Source: Myxococcota bacterium
Lineage (GTDB): Bacteria > Myxococcota_A > Polyangia > Polyangiales > Sandaracinaceae
Length of the DNA: 44,435 nucleotides
Reading direction: 5' to 3'
Assembly (NCBI GenBank): GCA_036149055.1
Contig: JAYZQJ010000192.1
Coordinates: 1 to 44,435, forward strand
The translations under genes and the position numbers were made by a program. The notes under the pieces were generated by a model. The model was not told where the DNA came from. It saw nothing but the letters and a program-made list of their open reading frames with translations, and did no database searches. Below are positions 9,264 to 18,494 of this stretch, piece after piece (the first letter of the stretch is position 1; every line of letters starts with the position of its first letter).

Positions 9264-10556
9264 CTAGCGGAACCAGGCGGGCGTGCCGACGAGCACCACC
9301 GCGAACAGGCCCGCGGCGACGTAGAAGAGGTCGCCCCCGAGCGCGGGGTAGAGGAGGCCGCCGACCACGAGGCCGCCGATGCTGGCGAGGCTGCTCGCGC
9401 TGGTGACCGCGCCCTGCACCGAACCCTGGTCGTCCCCGCCGAGCTCGGCGACCCGGCTCTGGAAGGTCGGCCAGCTGAGCCCGTTGCCGACCGCGAAGCA
9501 GGCCGCGCCCACGTAGCTGATCGGGCCCGGCGGGAGCTGGTAGCTCAGCAGCGACAAGATCAGGAACACGAGCCCGGCGGCGAAGACGAGGCGGCGGTCG
9601 ACGCGCTTGGACACGAAGCCGAGCACGGGGCCCTGGGCGACGATCATCATCAGCGAGAGCACCCCGAAGAAGGCGCCCAGCTCGCCCGCGTCCCAGCCGT
9701 AGCTCTCGGCCGCGTGAATGGGGAAGCCCGCGTAGAAGAAGTTGAAGGCGAGGAAGTGCACGAAGGTGGCCCCGAGCACGAGCGCCACCGCCGGCCGACG
9801 CAGCCCGCTCCGGAGCGCCCGCTTCGGCGGCTTCTTGTCGCACGGCTTGCCCTGCTGATGCAGGCCCGCCTCGGTCGCGTCGGGCGGCGGCGGGCCCTCG
9901 GGGCAGCGACCGCTCGGCTCGTCGAGCAGGGTCACGATCGCGACGGTGGTCACCAGCGCGAAGGCAGCCGCGACCGCGATCGGGAGGCGCGGGCCCCACT
10001 CGGTGCCGCCCAGGAGCCCGGCCGCGGCGGGCCCGATCGCGAAGCCGAGGCTCGCCGCCATGCCCATGCGGCCGAAGGCCACCTGCCGGACCTCGGGCGT
10101 CTCGCGGGTCAGGTCGGCGACGTACGCGTTCGCGACCGAGATGTTGCCGCCCGTGGCTCCGTCGAGCGCGCGGGCCGCGAACACGAGCAGCAAGGGCACC
10201 GTCAGGGTCGCGCCCGCGAAGCCGCCGAGCGCGGTGAGCGGCATGGAGAGCGCGAAGAAGAAGAGCAGCCACGCCGCGAGCGTGCCCACCTGGCTGGCGA
10301 CGAGCACCGGGCGGCGGCCGGTGCGATCCGACCAGCGCCCGAGGAGCGGGGCGCCGAAGAGCTGGAAGGCCGAGTACGTCGCGCCGACGAGCCCGTAGGT
10401 CCAGCTCGCCCCGCCGAGGTCGGTGACGATGAAGACCAGGAACGGGATCGCGAGCGAGAAGCCGAGCGTGCCGAGGAAGTGCACCGCGAGGATCGGCCCG
10501 AACCGCCGCCAGGGGAGCGGCGGCGCAGGAGCGGGTGCGATCGCCGCGTCGGCCAT
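9264..10556 (-). CDS. MFS transporter (DHA1/TetA-like)
   Basis: Motif A GRWSDRTGRRPVL, ARALDG, motif C-like GFAIGPAAAG; about 12 hydrophobic segments. Confidence 0.92.
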   Translation of the reverse strand: MADAAIAPAPAPPLPWRRFGPILAVHFLGTLGFSLAIPFLVFIVTDLGGASWTYGLVGATYSAFQLFGAPLLGRWSDRTGRRPVLVASQVGTLAAWLLFFFALSMPLTALGGFAGATLTVPLLLVFAARALDGATGGNISVANAYVADLTRETPEVRQVAFGRMGMAASLGFAIGPAAAGLLGGTEWGPRLPIAVAAAFALVTTVAIVTLLDEPSGRCPEGPPPPDATEAGLHQQGKPCDKKPPKRALRSGLRRPAVALVLGATFVHFLAFNFFYAGFPIHAAESYGWDAGELGAFFGVLSLMMIVAQGPVLGFVSKRVDRRLVFAAGLVFLILSLLSYQLPPGPISYVGAACFAVGNGLSWPTFQSRVAELGGDDQGSVQGAVTSASSLASIGGLVVGGLLYPALGGDLFYVAAGLFAVVLVGTPAWFR

Positions 10557-10577
10557 GCCGCAGGGTAATGGTTATGG

Positions 10578-11456
10578 GTGGTCGATGTGGTGGCGCCCCC
10601 GACCGAGCTGGACCTCGAGCGCGTGCGCGGCTGCCTGCTCGGCGGGGCGCTCGGTGACGCGGTCGGCGCCAGACACGAAGGCGCGCCTCCAGCCGGAGGT
10701 CGAGCCCTCCGCCCCGGTCACTTCACCGACGACACGCAGCTGACCCTGGCGACCGCGGAAGCGATCGCGGACGCCGGGCGCGCGGATCCCGAGCGGATCG
10801 CGGCCGGCCTCCTCGCCTGGCATCGCCGCGACCCGATCCGCGGCGTCGGCGCGGCCACCGCGAAGGCGCTGCGCGAGCTCTCGGTGGGCGGACACTGGGC
10901 GCTGGTCGGTCGGACCGGCGAGCACGCCGCGGGCAACGGCGCCGCCATCCGGACCGCGCCCCTCGCCTTCGTCCTCGATCCGCGCGATCCGAAGGCGCGG
11001 CGCACGATCCGCGACGTCGCCCGCATCACCCACCGCTCCGACGAGGCCTACGCCGGCGCCCTCGCCGTGTGCCTCGCCGTGCACGACGCGCTGAGCGACG
11101 ACCTGGACCTCGACCTGATCGCCGCCGCCCTCCCGGACAGCGGAGTGCGAGATCGGCTGCGGGAGATCGCGCGACTCGAGCTCCGTGACGCGGCCGCGCG
11201 CGGGACCTCGGGGTGGGTCGTCGACGCCGTGCCGCTCGCCCTCCGCGCCGCCTCGATCCCGGACTTCGAGTCGATGCTCGCCGAGGTGGTGGCCCTGGGC
11301 GGAGACTGCGACTCGATCGGGTCCATGGCCGGTCAGATCTGGGGCGCCCGTCACGGCGCCGCGGCGCTCCCCACCGCGATGCTCCGCGAGCTGCCCGGCC
11401 GAGACGACGTCGAGCGCGTCGCCCACGCCTTCGCTCGAAAGCGCCCGGATCGTTGA
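10578..11456 (+). CDS. ADP-ribosylglycohydrolase family protein
   Basis: GCLLGGALGDAVG, FTDDTQLT, AGNGAAIR, ITH, GGDCDSIGSMAG. Confidence 0.93.
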   Translation: MVDVVAPPTELDLERVRGCLLGGALGDAVGARHEGAPPAGGRALRPGHFTDDTQLTLATAEAIADAGRADPERIAAGLLAWHRRDPIRGVGAATAKALRELSVGGHWALVGRTGEHAAGNGAAIRTAPLAFVLDPRDPKARRTIRDVARITHRSDEAYAGALAVCLAVHDALSDDLDLDLIAAALPDSGVRDRLREIARLELRDAAARGTSGWVVDAVPLALRAASIPDFESMLAEVVALGGDCDSIGSMAGQIWGARHGAAALPTAMLRELPGRDDVERVAHAFARKRPDR

Positions 11457-11493
11457 CACCGGCCGCCGACCGTCGCACACCGCTTCGGTGCCG

Positions 11494-11664
11494 ATGAGGT
11501 TCTTCGTCGTCCACTGCGACGCCGGGTTCAGTCGCTCGCCCGCGGTCGCCGCGGCGCTGTCCAAGGTGTTGCTCGGCGACGACCAGGAGCTCTTCCGTCG
11601 CTACCGGCCCAACATGCGCGTCTATCGAACGCTCCTCGAGCGCTCCCCGCTCCAGCTCGAGTGA
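11494..11664 (+). pseudogene. C-terminal fragment of a protein-tyrosine-phosphatase-like protein
   Basis: 56 aa carrying an intact P-loop VHCDAGFSRS and a downstream PN motif, but lacking the N-terminal half of the fold. Confidence 0.6.
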
Positions 11665-11671
11665 GCGCCGA

Positions 11672-12409
11672 TCACCGGGTCGTCGGGGCGTAGGTTCGCA
11701 TGTGGGCGCCTTCGCCGGGGCGGGTGACCTGCTGCATGAAGCAGTCGCGGGCGGAGATGCGGGAGAGGCCCAGCTCGGCCCAGCGCGGGTGCTCGACGTT
11801 CAGCTCGCTGCGGCCGCGGCGGTGGCGCTGCGACTCGTGCATCGCGCCCCACCAGCTCCACACGCCGTGGTGCAGGGCGTCGTCGGTCTGCGCGAAGTAC
11901 TGCCCGAAGAGGGAGCGCGCCTTGTAGCGGGGGCTCGCCTCCCCGCAGACGAGCGAGAACAGCGGGCCGCGCCCGTCGCTCACCGTCGTGCCGCGTCCGT
12001 CCGGCGCGGGCTCCGCGCGGAGGCTCGGATCGTGGCGCACGGGCATGCGCAGCGCGGGCACCTTGTACTCGACGAAGGCGGCGCTGTCGCTGGCCACGTC
12101 GAGCACGAAGAGGGTCTGGCGCGGCGTGGGCATCGGCACGCTCAGATCGGGCTGCGCGATGAGGGAGCAGACGATCTCGTCGAAGGGCTCCGGCTCGTCG
12201 AGGGTGCCGGGCGCGTAGCGCGCGTGGATGAGGTTGAGCAGGGCGCGGCCCGGCACCGGCTCGACGAGCTCGACCCCCGCCGGCACCACGGACGCCACGC
12301 GCTCGAGCGGCACCTCGAAGGTGAAGCTGATCTGGAAGCCGAGGTCCCACTCCAGCCCGAGCGGGCGCCCGGCGAGGGTGTCGGCGGCGGCGGGGTCGAC
12401 GTGATCCAC
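11672..12409 (-). CDS. DUF2071 / acetoacetate-decarboxylase-like fold protein
   Basis: ISFTFEVPLERVASVVPAGVELVEPVPGRALLNL resembles the N-terminus of this superfamily. The GTG start at 12409 is approximate. Divergent from the biosynthetic operon. Confidence 0.6.
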   Translation of the reverse strand: MDHVDPAAADTLAGRPLGLEWDLGFQISFTFEVPLERVASVVPAGVELVEPVPGRALLNLIHARYAPGTLDEPEPFDEIVCSLIAQPDLSVPMPTPRQTLFVLDVASDSAAFVEYKVPALRMPVRHDPSLRAEPAPDGRGTTVSDGRGPLFSLVCGEASPRYKARSLFGQYFAQTDDALHHGVWSWWGAMHESQRHRRGRSELNVEHPRWAELGLSRISARDCFMQQVTRPGEGAHMRTYAPTTR

Positions 12410-12511
12410 GCCCCGGAAGCTAGCCGAGCGGAAGGGCTCCTCGGCCGCCTGAGCACCGATTGAGCAGCGGATGGACACGAGGAGCGGCCGCGGGGGTGCT
12501 TTGATTCGGGG

Positions 12512-13420
12512 GTGACTCCGGTCCTCCTCTTCCCCGGTCAGAGCTCGCTCCAGCCCGAGATGCTGGCCGAGGCGCAGGCCGTCTGGCCGGAGGTCACCCG
12601 CGACGTGATGCGGGAGGCGCAGGCGGCGCTGTCCCGCGACCTCTCCGGGTGGTGCGTCCGCGTCGAGCCGACCTGCAATCAGGACGTGCAGCTCGCCGTG
12701 TTCCTGACGACCCACGTGCACCTCGCGGCGCTGCGGCGAGAGGGACACGACGCGCCGGTGTCGCTGGGGCTCAGTCTCGGCGAGTACAACCACCTCGTGC
12801 ACATCGGCGCGCTGCCGTTCGCGGACGCGCTGCGCCTCGTGTCGGCGCGGGGCGAGGCCTACGACGCCGGCCCGAGGGGCGCGATGGCGGCCGTCTTCCC
12901 CCTCTCGGAGGAGGAGCTCCGACCGCTGCTGGCCGGGGACGTCGAGATCGCCAACTTCAACTCGCCCACCCAGCACGTCGTCGCCGGCCGCCGGGTCGAC
13001 GTCGAGGCGACGGTCGATCGGGTCGAGGAGGAGACCTACGCGCGCGCCGTCGTGATCGAGCGACGCTGCCCGATGCACGTGCCGCGGTTCGCGCCGGCCT
13101 CCGCCGCGCTGCGCCCTTTCCTGGAGGCGGCGCCGTGGACGACCCCACGACGGCCGTACCTGCCGAACGTGGACGCGGAGCCGCTCGAGGCGCCGACCCC
13201 CGCGCAGATCGTGGAGCGCCTGACACGACACGTGCACCAGCCGGTGCGCTGGAGGGCGTCGATCGATCGTGTGGTCGCGCTCCACGGAGACGTCCTCTTC
13301 CTCGAGGTGGGGCCCGGGCGCGTGCTCACCGATCTCCTGCGGGCGCCGTGGCGCGAGGAGCCTCGCGCGCGCACCAGCGACTGGGCGGCGGCGATGGAGG
13401 CGCTCGATGGAGCTCGATGA
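12512..13420 (+). CDS. fabD: ACP S-malonyltransferase (FabD-like)
   Basis: LFPGQSS, GLSLGEY with catalytic Ser, conserved RG, ANFNSPTQHV, PMH, PVRW, EVGPGRVL. Confidence 0.93.
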   Translation: MTPVLLFPGQSSLQPEMLAEAQAVWPEVTRDVMREAQAALSRDLSGWCVRVEPTCNQDVQLAVFLTTHVHLAALRREGHDAPVSLGLSLGEYNHLVHIGALPFADALRLVSARGEAYDAGPRGAMAAVFPLSEEELRPLLAGDVEIANFNSPTQHVVAGRRVDVEATVDRVEEETYARAVVIERRCPMHVPRFAPASAALRPFLEAAPWTTPRRPYLPNVDAEPLEAPTPAQIVERLTRHVHQPVRWRASIDRVVALHGDVLFLEVGPGRVLTDLLRAPWREEPRARTSDWAAAMEALDGAR

Positions 13421-13916
13421 GCTGGCGCGCTCGCTCCGGCGCGCGCACCTCGTGAGCCCCGACGCGTCGGAGGCGCTGGAGATCGACGCCGACGGCGTCG
13501 AGCGCATGCTCCGGCATCGCCCGCCGATGCGGCTGGTCGACGCGCTCGATCGCTGGGACCGCGCGTCGCGCTCGCTGCGCGGGCGCCGCACGGTCGCGCC
13601 CGAGGACCCCGTGCTCGCCGGCCACTTCCCGGGAGAGCCCGTGTACCCCGGCGTGCTCCAGCTCGAGATGATGGGTCAGCTCGGCCTGTGTCTCGGGTGG
13701 CTGGAGGCGCGCGAGCGCGGAGACGACGCCCCGATGGACGGGCGCCTGCTCAAGATCCACCACGCCACCTTTCTCGACGCGGTGCGACCGGGGGACCGCC
13801 TCACGATCGAGGCCCGCGCGGTCGACGACAACCCGCTCACCGCGGTCGTCGCGTCGCAGGCGTGGCGTGACGAGAGCCTCTGCGCGACCTGCGTGATGGA
13901 GATCTACTTTGCCTGA
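13407..13916 (+). CDS. 3-hydroxyacyl-ACP dehydratase (FabZ/FabA family)
   Basis: HRPPMRLVD and GHFPGEPVYPGVLQLE with the catalytic His/Glu. Confidence 0.9.
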   Translation: MELDELARSLRRAHLVSPDASEALEIDADGVERMLRHRPPMRLVDALDRWDRASRSLRGRRTVAPEDPVLAGHFPGEPVYPGVLQLEMMGQLGLCLGWLEARERGDDAPMDGRLLKIHHATFLDAVRPGDRLTIEARAVDDNPLTAVVASQAWRDESLCATCVMEIYFA

Positions 13917-15192
13917 TCGACGCATCGCCCTCACCGGCATGAGCATCGCGACGCCCCTCGCGGACACGCTCGACGGCTACCTCGAGGCGCTCCTGGCCGG
14001 CCGCTCCGCGATCACCAAGTGGCGCACGATCCCGACCGAGCGCATCTACTGCAAGGTCGGGGCGGATCTGGGCGACTACGACGTCGCGGGCGCGGTGGCG
14101 GCGCTGGAGGAGCGCACCGACGCCGCGGTGTGGCGGCGGCTGGCGCGGCTTTGTCGGCGCGCGCCCTGGGCGACGGCGCTCTCGATGCTCTCGGCGGTGC
14201 GGGCGGTCGACGACGCGGCCGCGCACGGCGCGAGCGACTCGCACGAGACCGCGGTGGTCGTCGCCGGGCACAACCTCACGAGCGGCTACGTCTACCGCGA
14301 GACGATGGAGTTTCTCGAGGAGCCGGACTTCATCGACGGGCTGATGTCGCTCCACTCCCTCGACACCGACCACGCGGGGAGCGTCTCCGAGGTGCTGGGC
14401 GCGCGCGGCCCCATCTACACGGTCGGCGGCGCATGCGCGAGCGGCAACCACGCGCTCCGCCTCGCGGTGGACGAGATCCGTCACCGAGGCATGAAGGCCG
14501 CGGTCGTCGTCGGCGCGCCGACCGACTTCTCCCCCGTGGATCTGCACGCGATGGCGGTGATGGGCGCCATCAGCCACGAGAGCTTCAACGAGCGCCCGGC
14601 GGAGGCGAGCCGGCCGTTCGACACCCGACGCGAGGGCTTCGTGCCCGCGCACGGCGCCGGGGCGCTGGTGATCGAGGACTGGGAGCACGCGCGAGCCCGC
14701 GGCGCGCGGATCCACGCCGAGGTGGTCGGGGTGGAGGCGAGCGCCGACGCGAACCACGAGCCGCAGCCCTCGGGGGAGAGCCAGACGCGCTTGATGCGCC
14801 GGCTCCTCGAGCGGTGCGACCTGACGCCCGAGCGGATCGACTACGTGAACATGCACGCGACCTCCACCCACCTCGGCGACCTGACGGAGGTGCGCTCCAT
14901 CCGCGAGGTCTTCGGCGATCACACGAAGCGGCTGCGGGTGAACGCGACCAAGTCGATGCTGGGGCACACGACCTGGGCCGCGCCGATCGTGGAGCTGGTG
15001 GCGGCGGTGCTGCAGATGCAGGCGGGGCGGCTGCACCCGTCAATCAACGTGGTCGAGCGAGACCCGGAGGTGGACCTCGACATCTGCGACGACGGACCGG
15101 TCGCGTGCGCGGTGGGCTACCTGATGAAGACCGCGTTCGGCTTCGGCGGCACGAACTGCATCGCGATCCTGCGCCACCCGGAGGCGCGCTGA
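13909..15192 (+). CDS. Beta-ketoacyl-ACP synthase (FabF/PksF-like) with intact Cys-His-His triad
   Basis: TVGGACASG (Cys codon 14434-14436), MHATST, KSMLGH, SRPFD, FGFGGTN; TTG start. Confidence 0.93.
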   Translation: MPDRRIALTGMSIATPLADTLDGYLEALLAGRSAITKWRTIPTERIYCKVGADLGDYDVAGAVAALEERTDAAVWRRLARLCRRAPWATALSMLSAVRAVDDAAAHGASDSHETAVVVAGHNLTSGYVYRETMEFLEEPDFIDGLMSLHSLDTDHAGSVSEVLGARGPIYTVGGACASGNHALRLAVDEIRHRGMKAAVVVGAPTDFSPVDLHAMAVMGAISHESFNERPAEASRPFDTRREGFVPAHGAGALVIEDWEHARARGARIHAEVVGVEASADANHEPQPSGESQTRLMRRLLERCDLTPERIDYVNMHATSTHLGDLTEVRSIREVFGDHTKRLRVNATKSMLGHTTWAAPIVELVAAVLQMQAGRLHPSINVVERDPEVDLDICDDGPVACAVGYLMKTAFGFGGTNCIAILRHPEAR

Positions 15193-15932
15193 TGGCGATG
15201 TTCGTCACCGGGGGATCGCGCGGGCTCGGCCGCGGCGTGGTGGAGGCGGCGCTCCGAGCAGGCCACGACGTCGCCTTCACGTACGTGCAGAACCGCGCGG
15301 CGGCGGACGACGTGCTCGCCTGGGCCGCGGCGCACGCCCCGGACGCGCGCTGCCGCGCCTACGCGCTCGACGTCGCCGACCCGCGGGCCGTGGAGGAGGT
15401 GGGAGACGCGGTGCTCGACGACTTCGAGGCGGTGCGCGCGGTGGTCTGCAACGCCGGCGTCGTGGAGCACGCGCTCGCCGCGCAGATGTCGGACGAGACG
15501 TGGCACCGCGTGCTGACCACCAACCTCTCGGGGGCCTTCTACGTCGCGCGACACTTCCTGATGCCCTTCCTCGCCGACGGGGGCGGGCGCCTCGTGTTCG
15601 TCGGGTCGATCGCGCAGGACGGAATGAGCGGCCAGGCGAACTACAGCGCGAGCAAGGCGGGGCTCGTCGGCCTCGCGAAGGCGCTGGCCAAGGAGTACGG
15701 CCGCAAGAACATCACCGCGAACGTCGTCGTGCCCGGCTTCTTCGACACCGACATGACGCGGGACAGCATGGCGGAGAGCTACATGGCGTTCTGGCGGCAG
15801 CACTGCCCCGTGGGACGCGTCGGCGAGATCGAGGAGGTCGCGCAGGTCGTGCTCTTCCTCGCCTCGGACGCGTCGAGCTTCGTCAACGGGCAGGCGGTCC
15901 CCGTGACCGGCGGGCTGGACTGGGCGCCGTGA
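15192..15932 (+). CDS. 3-oxoacyl-ACP reductase (FabG-like SDR)
   Basis: TGGSRGLG, NAG, GQANYSASKAGL, PGFFDTDM; TGATG coupling to the ketosynthase. Confidence 0.92.
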   Translation: MAMFVTGGSRGLGRGVVEAALRAGHDVAFTYVQNRAAADDVLAWAAAHAPDARCRAYALDVADPRAVEEVGDAVLDDFEAVRAVVCNAGVVEHALAAQMSDETWHRVLTTNLSGAFYVARHFLMPFLADGGGRLVFVGSIAQDGMSGQANYSASKAGLVGLAKALAKEYGRKNITANVVVPGFFDTDMTRDSMAESYMAFWRQHCPVGRVGEIEEVAQVVLFLASDASSFVNGQAVPVTGGLDWAP

Positions 15933-17152
15933 GCGTCGGCATCGAGAAGCTGAGGGCCTACCCCTCGACCCTGTCGCTCTCGCTCGGCGCGCTCGCCGAC
16001 GCGCGGGGGCGCTCCCGCGAAGAGACCACCGAGCGGCTGCTCGTCGAGGAGCGCTCGGTGATGCCGCCCTGGGAGGATCCGGTGACGATGGCGGTGAACG
16101 CCGCCGCGCCGCTCCTCGACGACGCGGAGCGCGCCGACGTCGGCCTGCTGATCGTCGGCACCGAGACGCCGGTCGACCTCGAGAAGCCGATCAGCACCTG
16201 GGTGCACCGCTTCCTCGAGCTGCCCTCCTCCTGCCGGAACTTCGAGATCAAGCACGCCTGCTACAGCGTGACCGCGGCGACACAGATGGCGCTCGGTTGG
16301 CTGGGCACGCCGGCTGGCCGCGGGCGAAAGGCGCTGGTCGTGGGCACCGACGCGAGCCTGCTCGGGATCGGCGAGCCCTACGAGTTCGTGCTCGGCGCCG
16401 GCGCGGTCGCGGTCGTGCTCTCGCATCAGCCCTCGTTCCTCGAGCTCGAGCCCGGCCGGAGCGGGGTGTACGCCGCCGAGGTGACCGACGTCATCCGACC
16501 GTCGCGTCGCGTCGAGACCGGCAGCTCCGAGGAGTCGCTGTTCGCCTACCTCGAGGCGGTGGACGGCGCCTACGACGCCTACGAGGAGGTGGTGGGCGAG
16601 GCCGACTTCGGGGCACGCTTCGCGCACGTCGTCTACCACGCGCCCTTCGGCGGCATCACGTTCCGCGCCCACAAGGCGCTGTCCGGCCGGAACCCGGAGT
16701 CGACGAAGGCCGCGGCGTGGGCCGACTTCGAGCGGCGATCGCTGCCGGGCCTCGTGCACCACCGACGCACCGGTGGGGTCTACGGCGGGAGCACGTTCTT
16801 GAGCCTGCTCGGCATGGCGGACGCCCGCGACGACCTCTCGCCCGGCGACCGGGTCGGGATCTTCAGCTTCGGATCCGGCTCCTGCGCGGAGCTCTACGAC
16901 GGAGTCGTGGGGCCGCGCGCCAGGGAGGTGGCGGCGCGGGCCGAGACGCGCGCGCAGCTCGACGCCCGCGACCCCATCGACGTGGGCACCTACGAGCGGC
17001 TCGAGCGCTGGCGAGACGCGTCGGTCGCGAAGGCCGACCTGACGATCGATCGCGGCGCGCTGGGAGACCACTACGAGCGCCGCTGGGCCGGGCGGGGGCG
17101 ATGCGTGCTCCGCGGCGTGTCCGGGTGGGTGAGGGACTACGCGTGGTCGTGA
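15929..17152 (+). CDS. HMG-CoA-synthase-like beta-branching enzyme (PksG/CurD family)
   Basis: GTET (Glu), FEIKHACYS (Cys), YHAPFGG (His), FSFGSGSCAE; GTGA overlap. Confidence 0.92.
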   Translation: MSVGIEKLRAYPSTLSLSLGALADARGRSREETTERLLVEERSVMPPWEDPVTMAVNAAAPLLDDAERADVGLLIVGTETPVDLEKPISTWVHRFLELPSSCRNFEIKHACYSVTAATQMALGWLGTPAGRGRKALVVGTDASLLGIGEPYEFVLGAGAVAVVLSHQPSFLELEPGRSGVYAAEVTDVIRPSRRVETGSSEESLFAYLEAVDGAYDAYEEVVGEADFGARFAHVVYHAPFGGITFRAHKALSGRNPESTKAAAWADFERRSLPGLVHHRRTGGVYGGSTFLSLLGMADARDDLSPGDRVGIFSFGSGSCAELYDGVVGPRAREVAARAETRAQLDARDPIDVGTYERLERWRDASVAKADLTIDRGALGDHYERRWAGRGRCVLRGVSGWVRDYAWS

Positions 17153-17793
17153 CGCTGCCCGAGACGCTGACCGGCGAGAGCCTCGCCGCGCTGGCGGAGA
17201 CCCTCCGGTCGGACGCGCCCCATCGGGTGCTGCGCGGCGCCGATGGGGAGAGCTTCTGTCAGGGGCTCTCGCTCGAGGCGCCGCCCGACGACCAGGCCGT
17301 CGACCGCTTCGTGGCCTGCGTGCGCGCGCTCCGCTGCGGGCCGCCGGCGATCGCCGTCGTCGAGGGCGCGGCGAGGGGCGCGGGCGTGGGGCTCGCGGCC
17401 GCGTGCGACCGCGTGATCGCGACCCCGTCCGCTCGGTTCGCGCTCTCCGAGCTGCTCTTCGGCCTCGTGCCCTCGGCGATCTGGCCGCTGCTCGCGGAGC
17501 GGGTGAGCGCCGCCAAGCTGCGGTGGTGGGCCCTGACCGGGGCCACGCTCGACGCCGAGGCCGCGCGCGCGATCGGGCTCGTCGACGAGGTGACCGAGAC
17601 CCCCGTCGACCTCGAGGCCACCCTCGCGCCGCTCCGCCGGGTGAGCGCCGCCGCCGTCCAGGCGCTCAAGAGCACCACCGCCCCGATGGGCGCGGTGGCG
17701 ATCGGCGCCGAGCGCACGCGGGCGCGGCTCGAGACCACCGAGGTCCGGGAGCGCATCGCGCGCTTCCTCGACGGAGAGGCGCCGTGGGACTGA
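17149..17793 (+). CDS. Enoyl-CoA hydratase ECH1 (PksH-like dehydratase)
   Basis: GAARGAGVGLAAACD and FALSELLFGLVP; short (214 aa). Confidence 0.85.
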   Translation: MTLPETLTGESLAALAETLRSDAPHRVLRGADGESFCQGLSLEAPPDDQAVDRFVACVRALRCGPPAIAVVEGAARGAGVGLAAACDRVIATPSARFALSELLFGLVPSAIWPLLAERVSAAKLRWWALTGATLDAEAARAIGLVDEVTETPVDLEATLAPLRRVSAAAVQALKSTTAPMGAVAIGAERTRARLETTEVRERIARFLDGEAPWD

Positions 17794-18494
17794 TCGAGAC
17801 GACCGACCGAGACGGCGTGAGGATCGTCGCGCTCCGCGACGAGGCCGGCCAGAACGCCCTCGACCGACCGATGGTCGAGGCGCTGACCGACGCCCTCGCG
17901 GTGCCGGAGAGCGTGCGCGCCGTGGTGCTTCGCGGGGCCCCGGAGGTGTTCTCTCGCGGGGCCAGCCCGCGCGTGCTGGCGCAGCTCGAGGAGGGGGAGA
18001 TCGCGCCGACCGAGCTGACCCTGCCGCGGGCCGTTCTCGGGGTGGAGGTGCCGGTGGTGGCCGCCATGGAGGGGCACGCCATCGGCGGAGGGCTCGCGCT
18101 CGGGCTCTGCGCGGACGTCGTGGTCCTCGCCGAAGAGAGCCGCTACGGGGCGACCTTCGTCGACCTCGGGTTCACGCCGGGGATGGGCATGACCCGGCTC
18201 CTCGAGCGCGTCATGTCGCCGCTGATGGCCCACGAGCTGCTGCTCGGCGGCGAGCCACGGCGAGGGCGAGACCTGAGGCACGTGGGTTTCAACCACGTCG
18301 TCCCGCGGCGCGAGGTGTGGCCGCGCGCGCTCGAGATCGCCGACCGCTTCGCCGAGAAGCGGCGCAGCGTGCTGACGATGCTGAAGGCGGAGCTGGCGCG
18401 CCCCTGGAGACGCGCGTTCGAGGAGGCGCGAGAGGCGGAGGCGGAGATGCACGCGCGCTGCTTCGAGGCCCTGCGGAGGGCGAGCGATGCGTGA
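17784..18494 (+). CDS. Enoyl-CoA hydratase ECH2 (PksI/CurF-like decarboxylase)
   Basis: AAMEGHAIGGG, GFTPGMG, AEKRRSVLTMLK and C-terminal EAEMH, typical of ECH2. Confidence 0.88.
   Translation: MGLIETTDRDGVRIVALRDEAGQNALDRPMVEALTDALAVPESVRAVVLRGAPEVFSRGASPRVLAQLEEGEIAPTELTLPRAVLGVEVPVVAAMEGHAIGGGLALGLCADVVVLAEESRYGATFVDLGFTPGMGMTRLLERVMSPLMAHELLLGGEPRRGRDLRHVGFNHVVPRREVWPRALEIADRFAEKRRSVLTMLKAELARPWRRAFEEAREAEAEMHARCFEALRRASDA

Noticed and set aside
9264..10556. MFS transporter as exporter for the biosynthetic cluster or as a tetracycline resistance gene
   Set aside because: It is separated from the operon by unrelated genes, and its substrate cannot be inferred from general MFS motifs.
14019..15191. 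Long N-terminal extensions in the ORF track (637-aa FabG, 774-aa racemase, 617-aa AOS, 795-aa ORF at 3388) suggesting fusion proteins
   Set aside because: The extensions overlap upstream genes in another frame and are low-complexity; the true starts coincide with stop/start overlaps.
15929..17152. Mevalonate-pathway HMG-CoA synthase (mvaS)
   Set aside because: It has a PksG-type FEIKxACYS motif, lies next to ECH1/ECH2/ACP, and there is no HMG-CoA reductase or mevalonate kinase nearby.
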